Assembly (NCBI RefSeq): GCF_964194155.1
Contig: NC_135891.1
Location: 109,864,001-109,928,000 of the forward strand
Origin: Cetorhinus maximus
Lineage: Eukaryota
Length of the DNA stretch: 64,000 nucleotides
Direction of reading: 5' to 3'
In this document: in pieces, positions 11,311 through 22,692 of the stretch
Layout: every line of letters starts with the position of its first letter
Numbering within the stretch: the stretch's first letter is position 1
Notes under the pieces: model-generated
What the model was told of the DNA's origin: nothing
The model's input: only the letters and a program-made list of their open reading frames with translations
Databases searched by the model: none
Position numbers and translations under genes: made by a program

Positions 11311-12737
11311 GTGGGATTTTGTAGATTACCCTGGCAGCTACCTGCAATGAACCAGGACTCATTTTGTTATTTAATTAAAGCTGCACTCATTTCAAACCCA
11401 GACTCCTAAATGCATTTGCCTTCATCAGAGCTTGTGCATCACAAGCTCTGACTGACATTTCTGGAGTTTTAAGCAGTACTCTGTGCTCTACAGGCTGTTC
11501 CCAGGGACACACACCAAGACAAACATTAACTGTAGCTGGAGGATCATCAGCTAAGCAAAAGATGCTCTTTGGTCCGCCTGAAACTTGCTGGTCCTCTAAT
11601 GCAAAAAGTTGTCCCTGGCCAAATCTTGCAGATTGGCACATCCTAAGGTCCTGGACTATGTGCTGAGGGACGCACTCAAGTTTGGTGCAGCCACTGTAAA
11701 GGCACAATGGGGAAAGACCAGTGTGTAAGGCCTTTCAGCCATGGTACACCGAGGAGCTGGTAACACTGTGGGACCCCTCAGGATGTAAGCTTGTTCTTGA
11801 CTGTATGTAGTTAATACAACTGTTTTAAGGCACCTCAAAATGCAACATGCTCTGTGGAAAAAGTTGATTGTTTATTTCACTTTCTGTTATGATAATTTGA
11901 AATATATTTTGCAATGTTCTTTTAGATATTTCTTTTTGAATAAAGTATATTTTGGCAAAAAAAATTCTGACTTTTAATCAGCCTAACCAAGAACTAAACC
12001 TAAACGGGCTACTGGGGTCAACTCAAAAGAAAGGCTCCAAAACTTCCAAGTAGGAGTGCTTCTCTTGACTGCACAAAGCCAACTGTAAGATACTCTTGGC
12101 CTTCCCTTGTGCACCCTCAATTGTCTCCCTCCCTTGTACTTAAAATCTGGGCCTTAGTGCAATCCTCACCAGGCGTGCTCTATTGGAGCATCCATTTGGA
12201 AGCTTGATTTCATTTTGACAAATCTTAAGGATAAGAAGGTGCACAATAAATAGGATTAATTCTCAGAAAAAAATAGATAGCAATCCTTTCATTGACAGGT
12301 TATGTGAGACAATCAGATGGTTTGAAAAGCAGTTGTACAAAGGCAAGGATTACATGCTACAACAGCTAAAATATTTTTTCAAAAACAGCTTTCTTTATGT
12401 CTGCGAACATGTCCATGTTTTGATTTTGGTACTCATACAGGCAGGCTTGGATTATCATGTGTCGCAGGCCTCACCACAGCTAGCTCAGGGCAATCTAAGG
12501 ATTCCAACTTAAGTGTGTTGAAAGATGAATGGCCCAGGAGTGAGATGAGAATAAGGTTTGTTGGTGGGCTGATTAAAACTCAGAAATGCCAGACAGAGCT
12601 TGTGAAGCACAAGATCTGATGAAGGCAAATGCATTTAGAAGCCTGGGCTTGAAGTGACCACAGCATCTTTAACTCAATATTGAAATGAGGTCTGCATTCA
12701 TTTCAGGTAGCTGCAAGGGCAGTCTACAAAAGGCCCA
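11311..12737. repeat. ~165-bp inverted repeat pair (11311-11476 and 12569-12737)
   Basis: TAAATGCATTTGCCTTCATCAGAGCTTGTGCATCACAAGCTCTG is mirrored by CAGAGCTTGTGAAGCACAAGATCTGATGAAGGCAAATGCATTTA; similarity extends to both sides. Confidence 0.85.
11477..11964 (+). mobile_element. Tx1/L1-clade non-LTR retrotransposon 3' fragment
   Basis: Decayed frame SVLYRLFPGTHT..KDALWSA*NLLV..DYVLRDALKFG..AQWGKT typical of Tx1 ORF2 C-terminus; AATAAA plus short poly-A; degenerate ~17-bp TSD (11459-11476 / 11965-11981). Confidence 0.75.
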
Positions 12738-14299
12738 GACCAATTTAACAGTGGCCCAAAGTGCCATATAGACTGGACATGGACCTCTGCACTGCCAATT
12801 TGGTTCTCATTGTGCCCATTTTAGGCCCATAAAACGGGGAACAATGTCAAATTTAAACCTCATGGTTTCTTAGTGCAGATGATCTCAAGAACATGTTTCA
12901 ACCATCTCTTGATAAGCACATAGGGTAGTAAATGAGAAAAGGCTAGTCATCCCATCTTAAAATAGCAACATCTTGGATACATGAATGGGATTAGATTTCT
13001 AATTCTGAGATGTAATATGGGGTGAAAGTGCAACAGAGCTTATTGAGAAATCTAAAGCACTGTTATTTGACATGAAACAAAAAAAGACTATTATTTTGCA
13101 ACTTTCAGCCATCTGCTTGATAGACACCACTGAAATGAAAAAATAAAATGAGATACGAAAGATACAGAAAGTAAATGATAATGCCCTTGAACTCAGCTGA
13201 GGTGGTTTCATAGTTACCAAATCTGAGTGTTAAATTGCTTTATTATTCGCTCTGGATCTGTCACATGCTAACGATTTTTTAAACATGCAAAGCATCATGT
13301 GGGAAACAACAGATTAACTATGTTTATCTGTTTGATGGCAATGAGTGAAGCAACTAATTTTCAATGCTGAGGGAGGGTTTAAAAAAATTCCATGATACAT
13401 TCCAAACTGCTGTTGAAGAACCTTGGGCTGAAGTTCACTTCAAGTAAAACATTTTAATTAATGGTTAAAATGTCAGAATAGGACTTGATCTTTGACCTTC
13501 TAAAACAATTAATTCTACCTGCAGCTTATAAATCATAACAGTCTATTTTTCTGTTTGATTCACAGTAAGTAGGGAAAATCAGAAATTTAAATTTTATGTT
13601 GAGTCCTTGGAGAATTTAATTCTAGTTGATCCTTGTTATTTCCAGCTCAGGGGAACTAGCTAAGTCATTCTTCACATCCGACGTTTATCTCATCAAAATC
13701 AAGCCGAAAGGTTTATGAGAGCTTAAACTCTGGAGTAATCAGGTTCCATTTGCATAGCAATGTTACCTGCGCATTAGTCCAATATCCCAGTAACATACAT
13801 TAATTACTTCGTGAAGCCAGGCTGACACAAGAGGTTGGAAACTTCTTGCATGTTTCACTTCAATCAATAATCCACAGAGATGGTAATGAGCTTGATGACA
13901 GTGTTAACTTTCTCACATAATTCTCCAAGGCATCACTTTCAGAATCCTTGTCCTCTACTAAAACCCGTCTAAAAATCTTGCCTCACCTTACCTTCATTGC
14001 ATCCTCCAGCCTTATGTAAATAGGGAACAATTATTCCAATGCGTCACTGAGTCGGTAACTAGAGGACAGAAATTTGAGGCCATTACCAAAGGGACAAAGA
14101 GTGAGATTAGGTTCGTCATTTCAAGTAGTTACCATAGTCAACAGGCACGCTCGCCTTGCCCAGGGATTTTCTGATCCACTCATCCCAATGCCCCTTAACC
14201 CAACTGCTCCTGGTTCAGGCCAAGTATGTCCTAGCTTGTGTACTCTAGCCTGTTTTGGCTTGCCCTACTTGATAGAACTCAGATGGCTAGGCAGTAGAG

Positions 14300-14466
14300 C
14301 TCATAGCCTAGACTTTATACACTTATATACAGAAGCACACATTGCATATTATACATCTCCAGCCAACAACCCTTCCTTCAGTCTGTTGCTATGTATATGT
14401 ATATGAGCACAGAATAATCCCACCAGCTGAATACAATTAACATCTAATTGATATATGCAACTAACA
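14300..14466 (-). mobile_element. Possible LTR remnant
   Basis: Minus strand begins TGTTAGGTTG with TA-rich, LTR-like composition; other end and TSD not found. Confidence 0.3.
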
Positions 14467-15439
14467 CAGATCACTGCCCACTTGCCTGTCCTGAGTGTTT
14501 TTAATGGCCAATCTATTCATTCAGCTGCCCAAATATTTGATGATCCCAACCTTACACAGGGCACCAATTTTCCAATTTAGGACAAAGCTGGGCAGAGCAT
14601 TTGCCCTGCACACTATGCCCAGTTCCAGCTAGCATTCCACCCGAAATGCAGCCCAAATGTCCTCACATACCTTCTTCTGTGCCGTCAAATATTGCTCTTG
14701 CCTAGTGCCAGCTGGCTGCCCTGGGACGTTTCTTTTCTGCCCGCTGCCCACCTCGGGTGTAATAATAAGGTTCGGTGTTTGAAATGGATCCAGGCCCCCT
14801 GATGGCACCAACAAGTAACTAGTTGGCACGCTCAAGCAGTCAGCTGTTTGAGACTCAAAATCTAGCCCATAATTTCTGTGCAAGCGAATGATGCCTGGGA
14901 GATCAGCTAAATATCATGATTCTTTGTGTATTGCACGGTGTAATATTGCTATCATCACATGAAGTGGATCCTCTGACTGACCGTGAGAAATGCCAACGGA
15001 CATTGTAACATATATATTCAAAATAGCAAAGCTCACGAGCTAACCTTGGGCTACCATGCTCATAAATTCTTAACAATTGGGAAGTTCAATCTTTTTTTTG
15101 CTTAGGGCAGCCATAATCCACAGATTCAGAAGTAAATCTCCGTGAGAGTACTTTCCTGTGGAAGTTCTCCCACCTCGCCTGGTGCAAGAGCTGTAGAAAC
15201 CCTCGAGAACACAGTGAATGATATTTACACAGCTTTTTTAGTGTTTCCACAGCTCTTTTGCCAAAGCTATGTCATTAAGACAGGGGATCCTTCACTGAAA
15301 TCCACCTCACCACTGTGTTCTCTTATTTCCAGGAACTCGAATCCTGAAGGAAATTAACGAGGTGAGTAGAGTTTGCTTTGTACTTTCAGTTGTTTAATGA
15401 AAACTGAATGGTAAATTTTCACTGTGGGCAGTAGCATTA

Positions 15440-16190
15440 AATGGGCAACATCAGCTGAAGCATTTGTAACCATCTTCAGGAAGGAGTGCCGAGTGGATGT
15501 TCCATCTCTGCCTCCTCCTGATTTCCTCAGCATCTTGGATGCCGGTCTTTAGCCAATTCGGTTCATTCAACGTGACGTCAAGAAATGGCTGAGTGCACCT
15601 GCCCTATTAGCCTTGATAACATCCCAGCTGTAGCACTGAAGGCTTGTGCTTCAGAACTAGCTGCACCCCCAGCCAAGCTGTTCCAGCACAGCTACAACAC
15701 TGGCATCTAACTGGCAATGTGGAAAATTGCCCAGGTATGTCCTGCCCACAAAAAGCAGGACAAATCCAACCCGGCCAACTAGCAGCCCATCGACCTACTC
15801 TCAACCATTAGCAAAGTGATGAAAGGAGCTATCAATTGGCGGTTACTTAGCGATAACCTACTCGCAGATGCTCAGTTTGGGTCTTGTCAGGACCACAGAG
15901 TTCCAGACATTATTACAAACTTGGTCCAAACGTGGGCAAAAGAGCTGAATTCCACTGGTGATGTCAGAGTGACTGCATTTGCCATCAAGGCAGCATTTGA
16001 CTGTGTGGCATAAAGGAGTGCTAACAAAATTGAAGCCAATGGGAATCAGGGGGGAAATTCTTCACGGGCTGGAGTCATGCTCAGCACAAAGGAAGGTGAT
16101 TGTGGTTGTTGGAGGTCAAACATCTCAACTCCAGGAGATCGCTGCAGGAGTTCCTCAGGGTAGTGTACCAGGCCCAACCATCTTCAGCTG
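15440..16190 (+). mobile_element. Family-B CR1-group LINE, internal RT fragment
   Basis: AQFGSCQDH..AFAIKAAFD; AGVPQGSVPGPTIF. Confidence 0.85.
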
Positions 16191-16192
16191 TT

Positions 16193-16790
16193 GTTTTTTT
16201 ATTCTTCCATGTGATGTGGGCATCACTGGCAAAAACAGCATTTATTGTCCATCCCTAATTGCCTTTGAGAAGGTGGTGATGAGCCACCTTCTTGAATCAC
16301 TGCAAGCCATGTGGTGTAGGTCCGCCCACAGTGTCATTAGGAAGGAAGTTCCAGGATGTTGATCCAGCAACAGTGAAGGAATAGCAATATAGTTCCAGGT
16401 CAGGGTGGTGTCTGGCTTGGTGGGGAACTCACAGGTGGTGGCATTCGCATGCAGCCGCTGCCCTTGTCTTTCTAGGTGGTAGAGCTTGCAGGTTTGGAAG
16501 GTGCTTTCTAAGGAGCCTTGGTGATTTGCTGCAGAGCATCTTGTAGATTGTACACAATGCTGCTACTGTGCTTTGGTGATGGAGAGAGTGAATGTTGAAG
16601 GTGGTAGATGGGATGCCAATCAAGTGAGCTGCTTTGTCCTCGATGGTGTTGGGCTTCTTGAGTGTTGTTGGAGCTGCACTCATCCAAGCATGTGGACAGT
16701 ATTCCATCACACTCCTGACTTGTACCTTGTAGATGGTAGGTAGGCTTTGGGGAGTCAGGAGGTTAGTTACTCGCCACAGAATTCCCAGCC
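16193..16790 (-). mobile_element. Family-B LINE 3' end
   Basis: TIYKVQVRSVMEYCPHAWMSAAPTTLKK; 3' UTR and A-tail at 16193. Confidence 0.88.
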
Positions 16791-16912
16791 CCTGGTCCTG
16801 TTCAAAATAGTGTCCTGGGATCATTTACATCCACCTGAGAGAGCAAACAGACCTGAGTTGCACCCTGATGGTGCAACACTTCCTCAGTATTGCACTGGGG
16901 TGTCAACCCAAA
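16790..16912 (-). mobile_element. DeuSINE fragment
   Basis: Reverse complement of the Deu core seen at 51250-51400. Confidence 0.7.
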
Positions 16913-17000
16913 TTAGGTGAAATTCAAAATTAACCCCAGGGACTCTGCTTTAAGACAACAAGATACCTTGTTTTCCAACACCATCAGTTTCTGACATATT

Positions 17001-17378
17001 GGGCAGGATTTTCCAGGATTTTATTGGGGCGAAGTTGACGTGCAGGCACGCACAGGCGCGCTATCGATCGGCGCACCCGATAGGGGGTGCGGCACCATTT
17101 TATGTGAGCGGGCCAATTAAGGCATGGCGTCCACATAGAAGTGCTGTGCGCTCCCTGTGCAACGTTAAGGTTGGACGGGCAGGTCCACTAATTACTTCAA
17201 TTGCTCTGTCAATGGCCTCAATTGACCATTGACAGGTTGGCGGACACACAGCTGATTTTTCTGCGCCCCCACCTACCAGAAAATTTAAACGGGAGTTCCG
17301 TCTGACGTCACCGCATGTCATTTTACGCGTCAGCGAGCAGGGCCCCGCCCCCCACTCACCAACGGGAAAATCCCGCCT
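17001..17378 (+). mobile_element. Internally deleted Harbinger MITE
   Basis: TIRs GGGCAGGATTTTCC / GGAAAATCCCGCCT; TSD ATT; same subfamily as 55124-55833 with ~330 bp deleted. Confidence 0.88.
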
Positions 17379-17415
17379 ATTATTGGACTTCGTGATCACT
17401 AAAGCTCTGAGTCCT

Positions 17416-18066
17416 GGGCCAGGATTGTGTCCTCGTCGGGCAGGTCCGCGATTGGCTCCACACCGCGATTTCACACAGGTGGGCCAATGAAGGCCACCGT
17501 GCGTGGATCACGTGTGGCAGCGCTCAGTGCTACCTGTGCAGGCTGGGGGGGAGGTGGAGGAGGGAGAGTCAGGCCTGGAGCACAGTTCGTGCATGCGCAC
17601 GAAAGAGCGCTTCAACCCCCCAGAGGCACAGAGCTGCTCAGGGAGATTGAAGTGCTTTTGAAAAAAATTAATTAAGGCAATAAAATTTTTTTTAAAAATG
17701 TCCCACCTCATGTGACTCTGTCAACTGAGGCAGGACCTGTTTTAAATTCCAAAATGAAGTTTTTATTTAATGTTTATTTGCTTTAGGAAACCTCATCCCG
17801 CTTGTGGATGAGGTTTCCTAAAAATGTAAAGGCCGCTTGGCCTTTTCGCCTGCCCGCCAAACGTAGGGTTGGACGGACAGCGTAAATTTGATTTTAATGT
17901 GCTTGTTAATGGCCTTAACAGGCCCTTCAATTATCGACAGGCACGTGGCCAACTCCGGTGCGCGCCCGCCGAACCGAAATATTGCACAAGCCCGATGTCA
18001 TTGCATGTCATTTTAAACTCAGGCATGTCGGGCACGCGCCCGCATGCTGAGTGTAAAATTCTGCCC
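17416..18066 (+). mobile_element. Harbinger MITE
   Basis: TIR-like ends GGCCAGGATT / AAAATTCTGCCC; family internal hairpins. Confidence 0.88.
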
Positions 18067-19384
18067 CCTGAGTTTCTTTTTAGAAGTCTTTGCGTAGACC
18101 ACCTTTCTTGGTACCAAAACCTGGAATGCAGTTTCACGAAAACTGATCCTGTTAAAACCCTTTGGAATAAAGAAACGTATTAATTTTTAAATAAAACTCA
18201 AGATTGCTTCTTAATATAAATCCATTCAGCACTGCATAATAATGAAGTCAGATAATTGGATGACTAACGGTAAATTAATGTTTATGCACAAAAGAAAACA
18301 AATTATTTGCTACAAGAATCAGTAAACAATGCTTCAGATATGATTTAAGCAGAGCTTGTTCAGTGTCACCAAAAAGGGTGAAACTATTTAATTCAAATGA
18401 AACCCATCCATTATTAATTATCTTAACTGGTGTTTTAGTCAATTTATGCTATCCAATTATCATCTGGTGTATTGACTAAAGTTGTGCTGAATATTAGATT
18501 ATAGACTCAATGGAAAAACAATGAAGGGTGTGGATAAACAGAGACAATCAGTGTTTAAATACACTGGGGGACATAAACCTAGTTTTGGCCTGGTGGTTGC
18601 AATTTGTAATCAGACTACATCTGTTTCCTTTGAGAAAATCTCACGCTGCCTCTATTTGCACATTATTTCTGCAGGCATCCAGGTGCAATCTGCACCATTT
18701 GCTGGCTCCACGCACAATAGGAGGCCTAACAATGTGCGAGGTTAGGATGTATCCTAGTTAACTTCTAGCTCTTAAAGGCAGTCTGTCTCTCTTAAAGGAT
18801 AGCTACACTGAATCAAAGGAGGATGCTGCTGATTGTCACTGCTGCAAATGAAGACACTGGAGGGGAATGGATCAAGAAAGGGGTAAGTGGTGACCTATGG
18901 AGGCTTACGAAATAAATTGGAACTTGGAGTCAGCAAAGTATATTGTAACAAACTTAGCTTTTTGGTGGCATGTTGCAATTTATGGACCACTGATCAGGTT
19001 GACAAGTTGGAGGTACAGCCTTCATATTATAGCTTTGATTCTCTGACATTCATTCGTGGGAGCACAGCCTTACTGAATTTGCTTTAATATCATTCACGGC
19101 CTGGTAAAGTAGCAATGATGACATCTTAAAACTTGAATTAGCCACACAGGATTTACAATGATGAAATTGGACACCTAATTTTTTTTTTACCCAAAAGCTT
19201 TCCTGTTGGAGATATCTTTTAACATGTAGCATTAGGAATTTGTTTGCATCCTGCATTAGAGATGAAGCAAAGTAATAAATCAAGGCACCAGGGGAACAGA
19301 CACAGCTTGTCACTAACTAGCAGCCGCCACAGCTTGACCTTGACATTATCTTTTGCTTGAAGCAAACCTGTGAAGTGATAGTTA

Positions 19385-19690
19385 TATTTTTCCCTCTGAT
19401 TTTTCTCTCGCCAGTTTTATTTCTTTTCCTCCTCCTGAAGATGGTGACTCTTTGCTGGGGTAGGGTGCCAGAGGTCCTGGTTGCCCACTGGTAACTCATT
19501 CGTATAGTTAGTTTTCATGTATGAACTTTGGCGATGAGTATCAGCAAGTTACTCAACCACAACGAACATTATTGACTTTTCAGTCATCTAATACTCACAG
19601 ACATGCTCTCCCAACAACCAACAGTGGATAGCAGTCACTAACAGATTCTACCTGATACTAACTGATTCTACCTTCTCTAATCTTTAAGAA
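19385..19690. repeat. Old interspersed repeat, related copy at ~57690-57975
   Basis: Diverged shared motifs (CTCCT..GTGACT..TTCATGT..CAGCA.G) between the two loci; family not identified. Confidence 0.35.
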
Positions 19691-19975
19691 GGACGTGAGG
19701 GTATGAGGGTGTCACAAAGTGCTTTGCAGCTAATTAAGTATATTTGAAATGTAGTCACTATTGTAATATAAGAATCCCAGCAGCCAATTTGTGCGTAGCA
19801 AGCTCCCACAAACAGGAACGTGATAATGATCAGATAATCTGTTTTTTAGGTGATGCTGATTAAGGATGAAATATTGGCCAAGACACATATAAATAACTCC
19901 CCTTCACTTCAAAGTAGTGTCCTCGAATCTTTCACCTGAGAGAGCAGATGGGGTTTAACGCACCCGATAGAGAGG
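19690..19975 (-). mobile_element. DeuSINE fragment with L2-type tail
   Basis: Reverse complement of 51300-51590. Confidence 0.8.
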
Positions 19976-19994
19976 GTACACAAATAAAAACAGG

Positions 19995-21085
19995 CAGATT
20001 CACGAGAATGGGTCCAGGGATGAGGAACTTCAGTCACATGGATAGATTGGAGAAGCCGGGGCTATTCTCCTTGGAAAAGAGAAGGCTATGAACAGATTTG
20101 ATAGAGGTGTTCAAAACCATGAGGGATCTGGGCAGAATATATAGAGGGAAACTGTTCCCATTGGCAGAAGAGTCAAGAGCCAGAGGACATTGATTTAAGT
20201 TGACTGGCAGAAGAAGCAACAACAACATGAGGAAAACTTTCTTTCATAGTGGCCTGAATTTTTCCCCATGTCGGGCGGGCTCAGTGGGAGCGGGCGCGGG
20301 CAGTGGCAGAGCTGACCGCCGCCTGCGGGTGAGCCAATGAAGGCCCGCCCAGTGTAATACGCGAGCGGTAGCGCTGTGCGGGCTGGGAGGAGGAGGAGGA
20401 GGGGGAGTCGTGGCTGCCTCAGGGAGATTGAAGTGCTTTTAAAAATAATAAATAAAATCAATAAAAATTGAATGAAACACGCCTCCTCGTGTAACTGTGT
20501 CACATGAGATGGGACATGCTTTTATTTCTCTGGAAAACCTTTTAATTAATTCATAAAAGCTTTAGGGAACCTCATCCCGCTTGTGGGGTGAGGTTCCTAA
20601 AAAGGTAAAGGCCGCTCGGCCTTTTTGCCTGCCCGCCAATCGTAAGGTTGGACGGCGGCGTTAACTTGACATTAATTACTTCGTTAATGGCCTTAATTGG
20701 CCTGTCAATTATCGACGGGCGCGCAGCCGACTCTGGCGTGCGCCCGCCGAAGATAACATCGTGAGACGGCGCGATGATGGCGGGACGCCCGCCCAACGTC
20801 ATCGCTCATCATTTTACGCGCAGGAGTGTCGGGCCCGCCCCCGTCCGCTGACTGACAGTCCCTGGCCAGTGAGTGGTTAGGATCGGGAATGCACTGACTG
20901 AGACTGCAGTGGAGGCAGCTTCAATCGATGCTTTCAAAAGAAAATTGGATGATTACGTGAGGAGAAAAGATTTGCAGGGCCATGGGGATGAGGAGGGGGA
21001 AGCGAGATGGGAAGACTTGCTCTTGACGAGATCTGGTACAGACATGGCAGGCCAAATGGCCTCCTTCTATGCTTTAGCCATTCTA
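19995..21085 (+). mobile_element. CR1 3' fragment split by a MITE
   Basis: RFTRMGPGMRNFS..LEKPGLFSLEKRRL; resumes at 20868 with GTGGTTAGGATCGGGAATGCACTG and the 3' UTR. Confidence 0.88.
20251..20867 (+). mobile_element. Harbinger MITE
   Basis: Starts GGCCTGAATTTT; degenerate right TIR; TSD AGT; CpG-rich. Confidence 0.9.
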
Positions 21086-21932
21086 GTGGCCTTACTGCTA
21101 CCCCACCTTTGGATCAATGATGTTCCATGGACCAGGGATCACATTTGGAATCTTTCTGATCTAAATGATTCAGATATGAAATAAACATGCCGAGCTAATG
21201 ACTGTAATTGTAAAATGCAGAAGGATGCCAACGTTTTCCTTTAGCGCCTGAACCAAACATACTCCTGTGTTATTTTCCATCGCTCACTATTGTGTGTTAA
21301 CTGGATTGATCAAAGAGGAGATTAATAGGGATCTTTGGTATATAAGAGTGAGAGTCAGTGTGAAGCAGAGACAAGCCGCTTGGTTTTATTTGTGATAAAG
21401 TGAGTAGAATAGCTAGTGAAGCAACTTGAAATGTTCTTCTATATTAAAGGTGCTATATAGATTCAAGTTGTCATTGTTATATCAGGTCAAGAGAGAGGAT
21501 AAACCCACTGGACTAGACCATCACAACTTTTAATCATATTAGCACTGAAGTATGGTATTTTCCCTTCCTATTTCTTGCTTGTTTCCTTTATAAGGATCCC
21601 AACGGAGATCAACCATTTCGCCTAGTACAAAGTATTTCTGCCTGAGAAACTTGGAACATGAAACCAGAGTACTCAAGGCCTTTGACAGGTTGACATTAAC
21701 CCTTTGCTTGCCCGTCATTTCTTACACATCTCTGGGGCATTGGGAAAGTTGAAGTGTCAAAGCTAGAGTGAAGGAAAAGAAATGTTGAAAGCTTGTATGA
21801 AGTTAGGATGCATTCTATGCCACAAGGGATCAGTGCTTGTGTGACCCGTGAAGCCTTCAAACTGAAATGTTGCCATTGTTTGCTCTGTAACATGCTCTTG
21901 CTGATTTTGACAGCTATTTTTTTTTAAAATGG

Positions 21933-22590
21933 GAGAAAGACTTGCATTTATACAGTGTCTTTCACAACCTCAGGACGTCGCAAAGTGTTTTACAGCTAAT
22001 TAGGTACATTTGAATTGCAGACACTGTTGTGATGTAAGAAACCTGGCAGCCAGTTTGTGCACAGCAAGGTCCCACAAACAGGATAATGATCCGATAATCT
22101 GTTTTTTTAGTGATGCTGATTAAGGGAGAAAGTGTTGGCCAAGACACCTATAAATAACTCCCCTGTCTCCTTCAAAATAGTGCCCTCGAATCTTTCAGCT
22201 GAAAGAGTAGAAGGGGCCTTGGTTTAATGCTTCATCTGAAAGAGAGAGCACACAAACAGAAACAAACATTGAAATCATGGAAAGGAGAGAAAAGCTGCAC
22301 CATTATTTAACTTTGATGGCGGTGGTGTGTTGTTAGAGTTCACTCACGGAGTTCGAGTTGCTGGCAGCAACATACAGTAGCTTGTACATACACGTTGTGA
22401 TCCAGAGCTATGGATAGTGATGGTAGAGGCTCCAACATTCTTTTCATCACGTTCCTGACCAGGCTCACCCACCTATGCCATTGGCATGTGTTGGAACAAT
22501 TTTGCAGGTTGATACTCAACCTGTTTGGCCACATTATGAGGTTCGGGGGGTGGGATTTGAACCCAGAGATTCTGGCTTAGAGGCAGGGAC
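21933..22590 (-). mobile_element. DeuSINE pieces (body 21933-22250, tRNA-like head ~22500-22590)
   Basis: L2-like tail AAGACTTGCATTTATA on +; Deu core; minus-strand GGTTCAAATCCC B box. Confidence 0.8.
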
Positions 22591-22692
22591 TCAGTGAAAA
22601 GTAAACAAAACTGTAGAAAGAGCTGGAAAATATAGAGCTGAAGCATGGAGCAGACATTTAAAGCATTGCAAATAAACACTGTTACACACATA

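Larger units (their letters stand above)
9589..12907 (+). repeat. ~130-bp diverged direct repeat (9589-9720 and 12778-12907)
   Basis: CATGGACCTCTGCACTGCCAATTTG...TGTGCCCATTTTAGGCCCATAAAAC...TTTCAACCATCT in both copies. Confidence 0.9.

Noticed and set aside
15440-16790. Twin-priming inversion of a single LINE
   Set aside because: The A-tail is at the internal junction rather than the outer end; better explained by two separate insertions.
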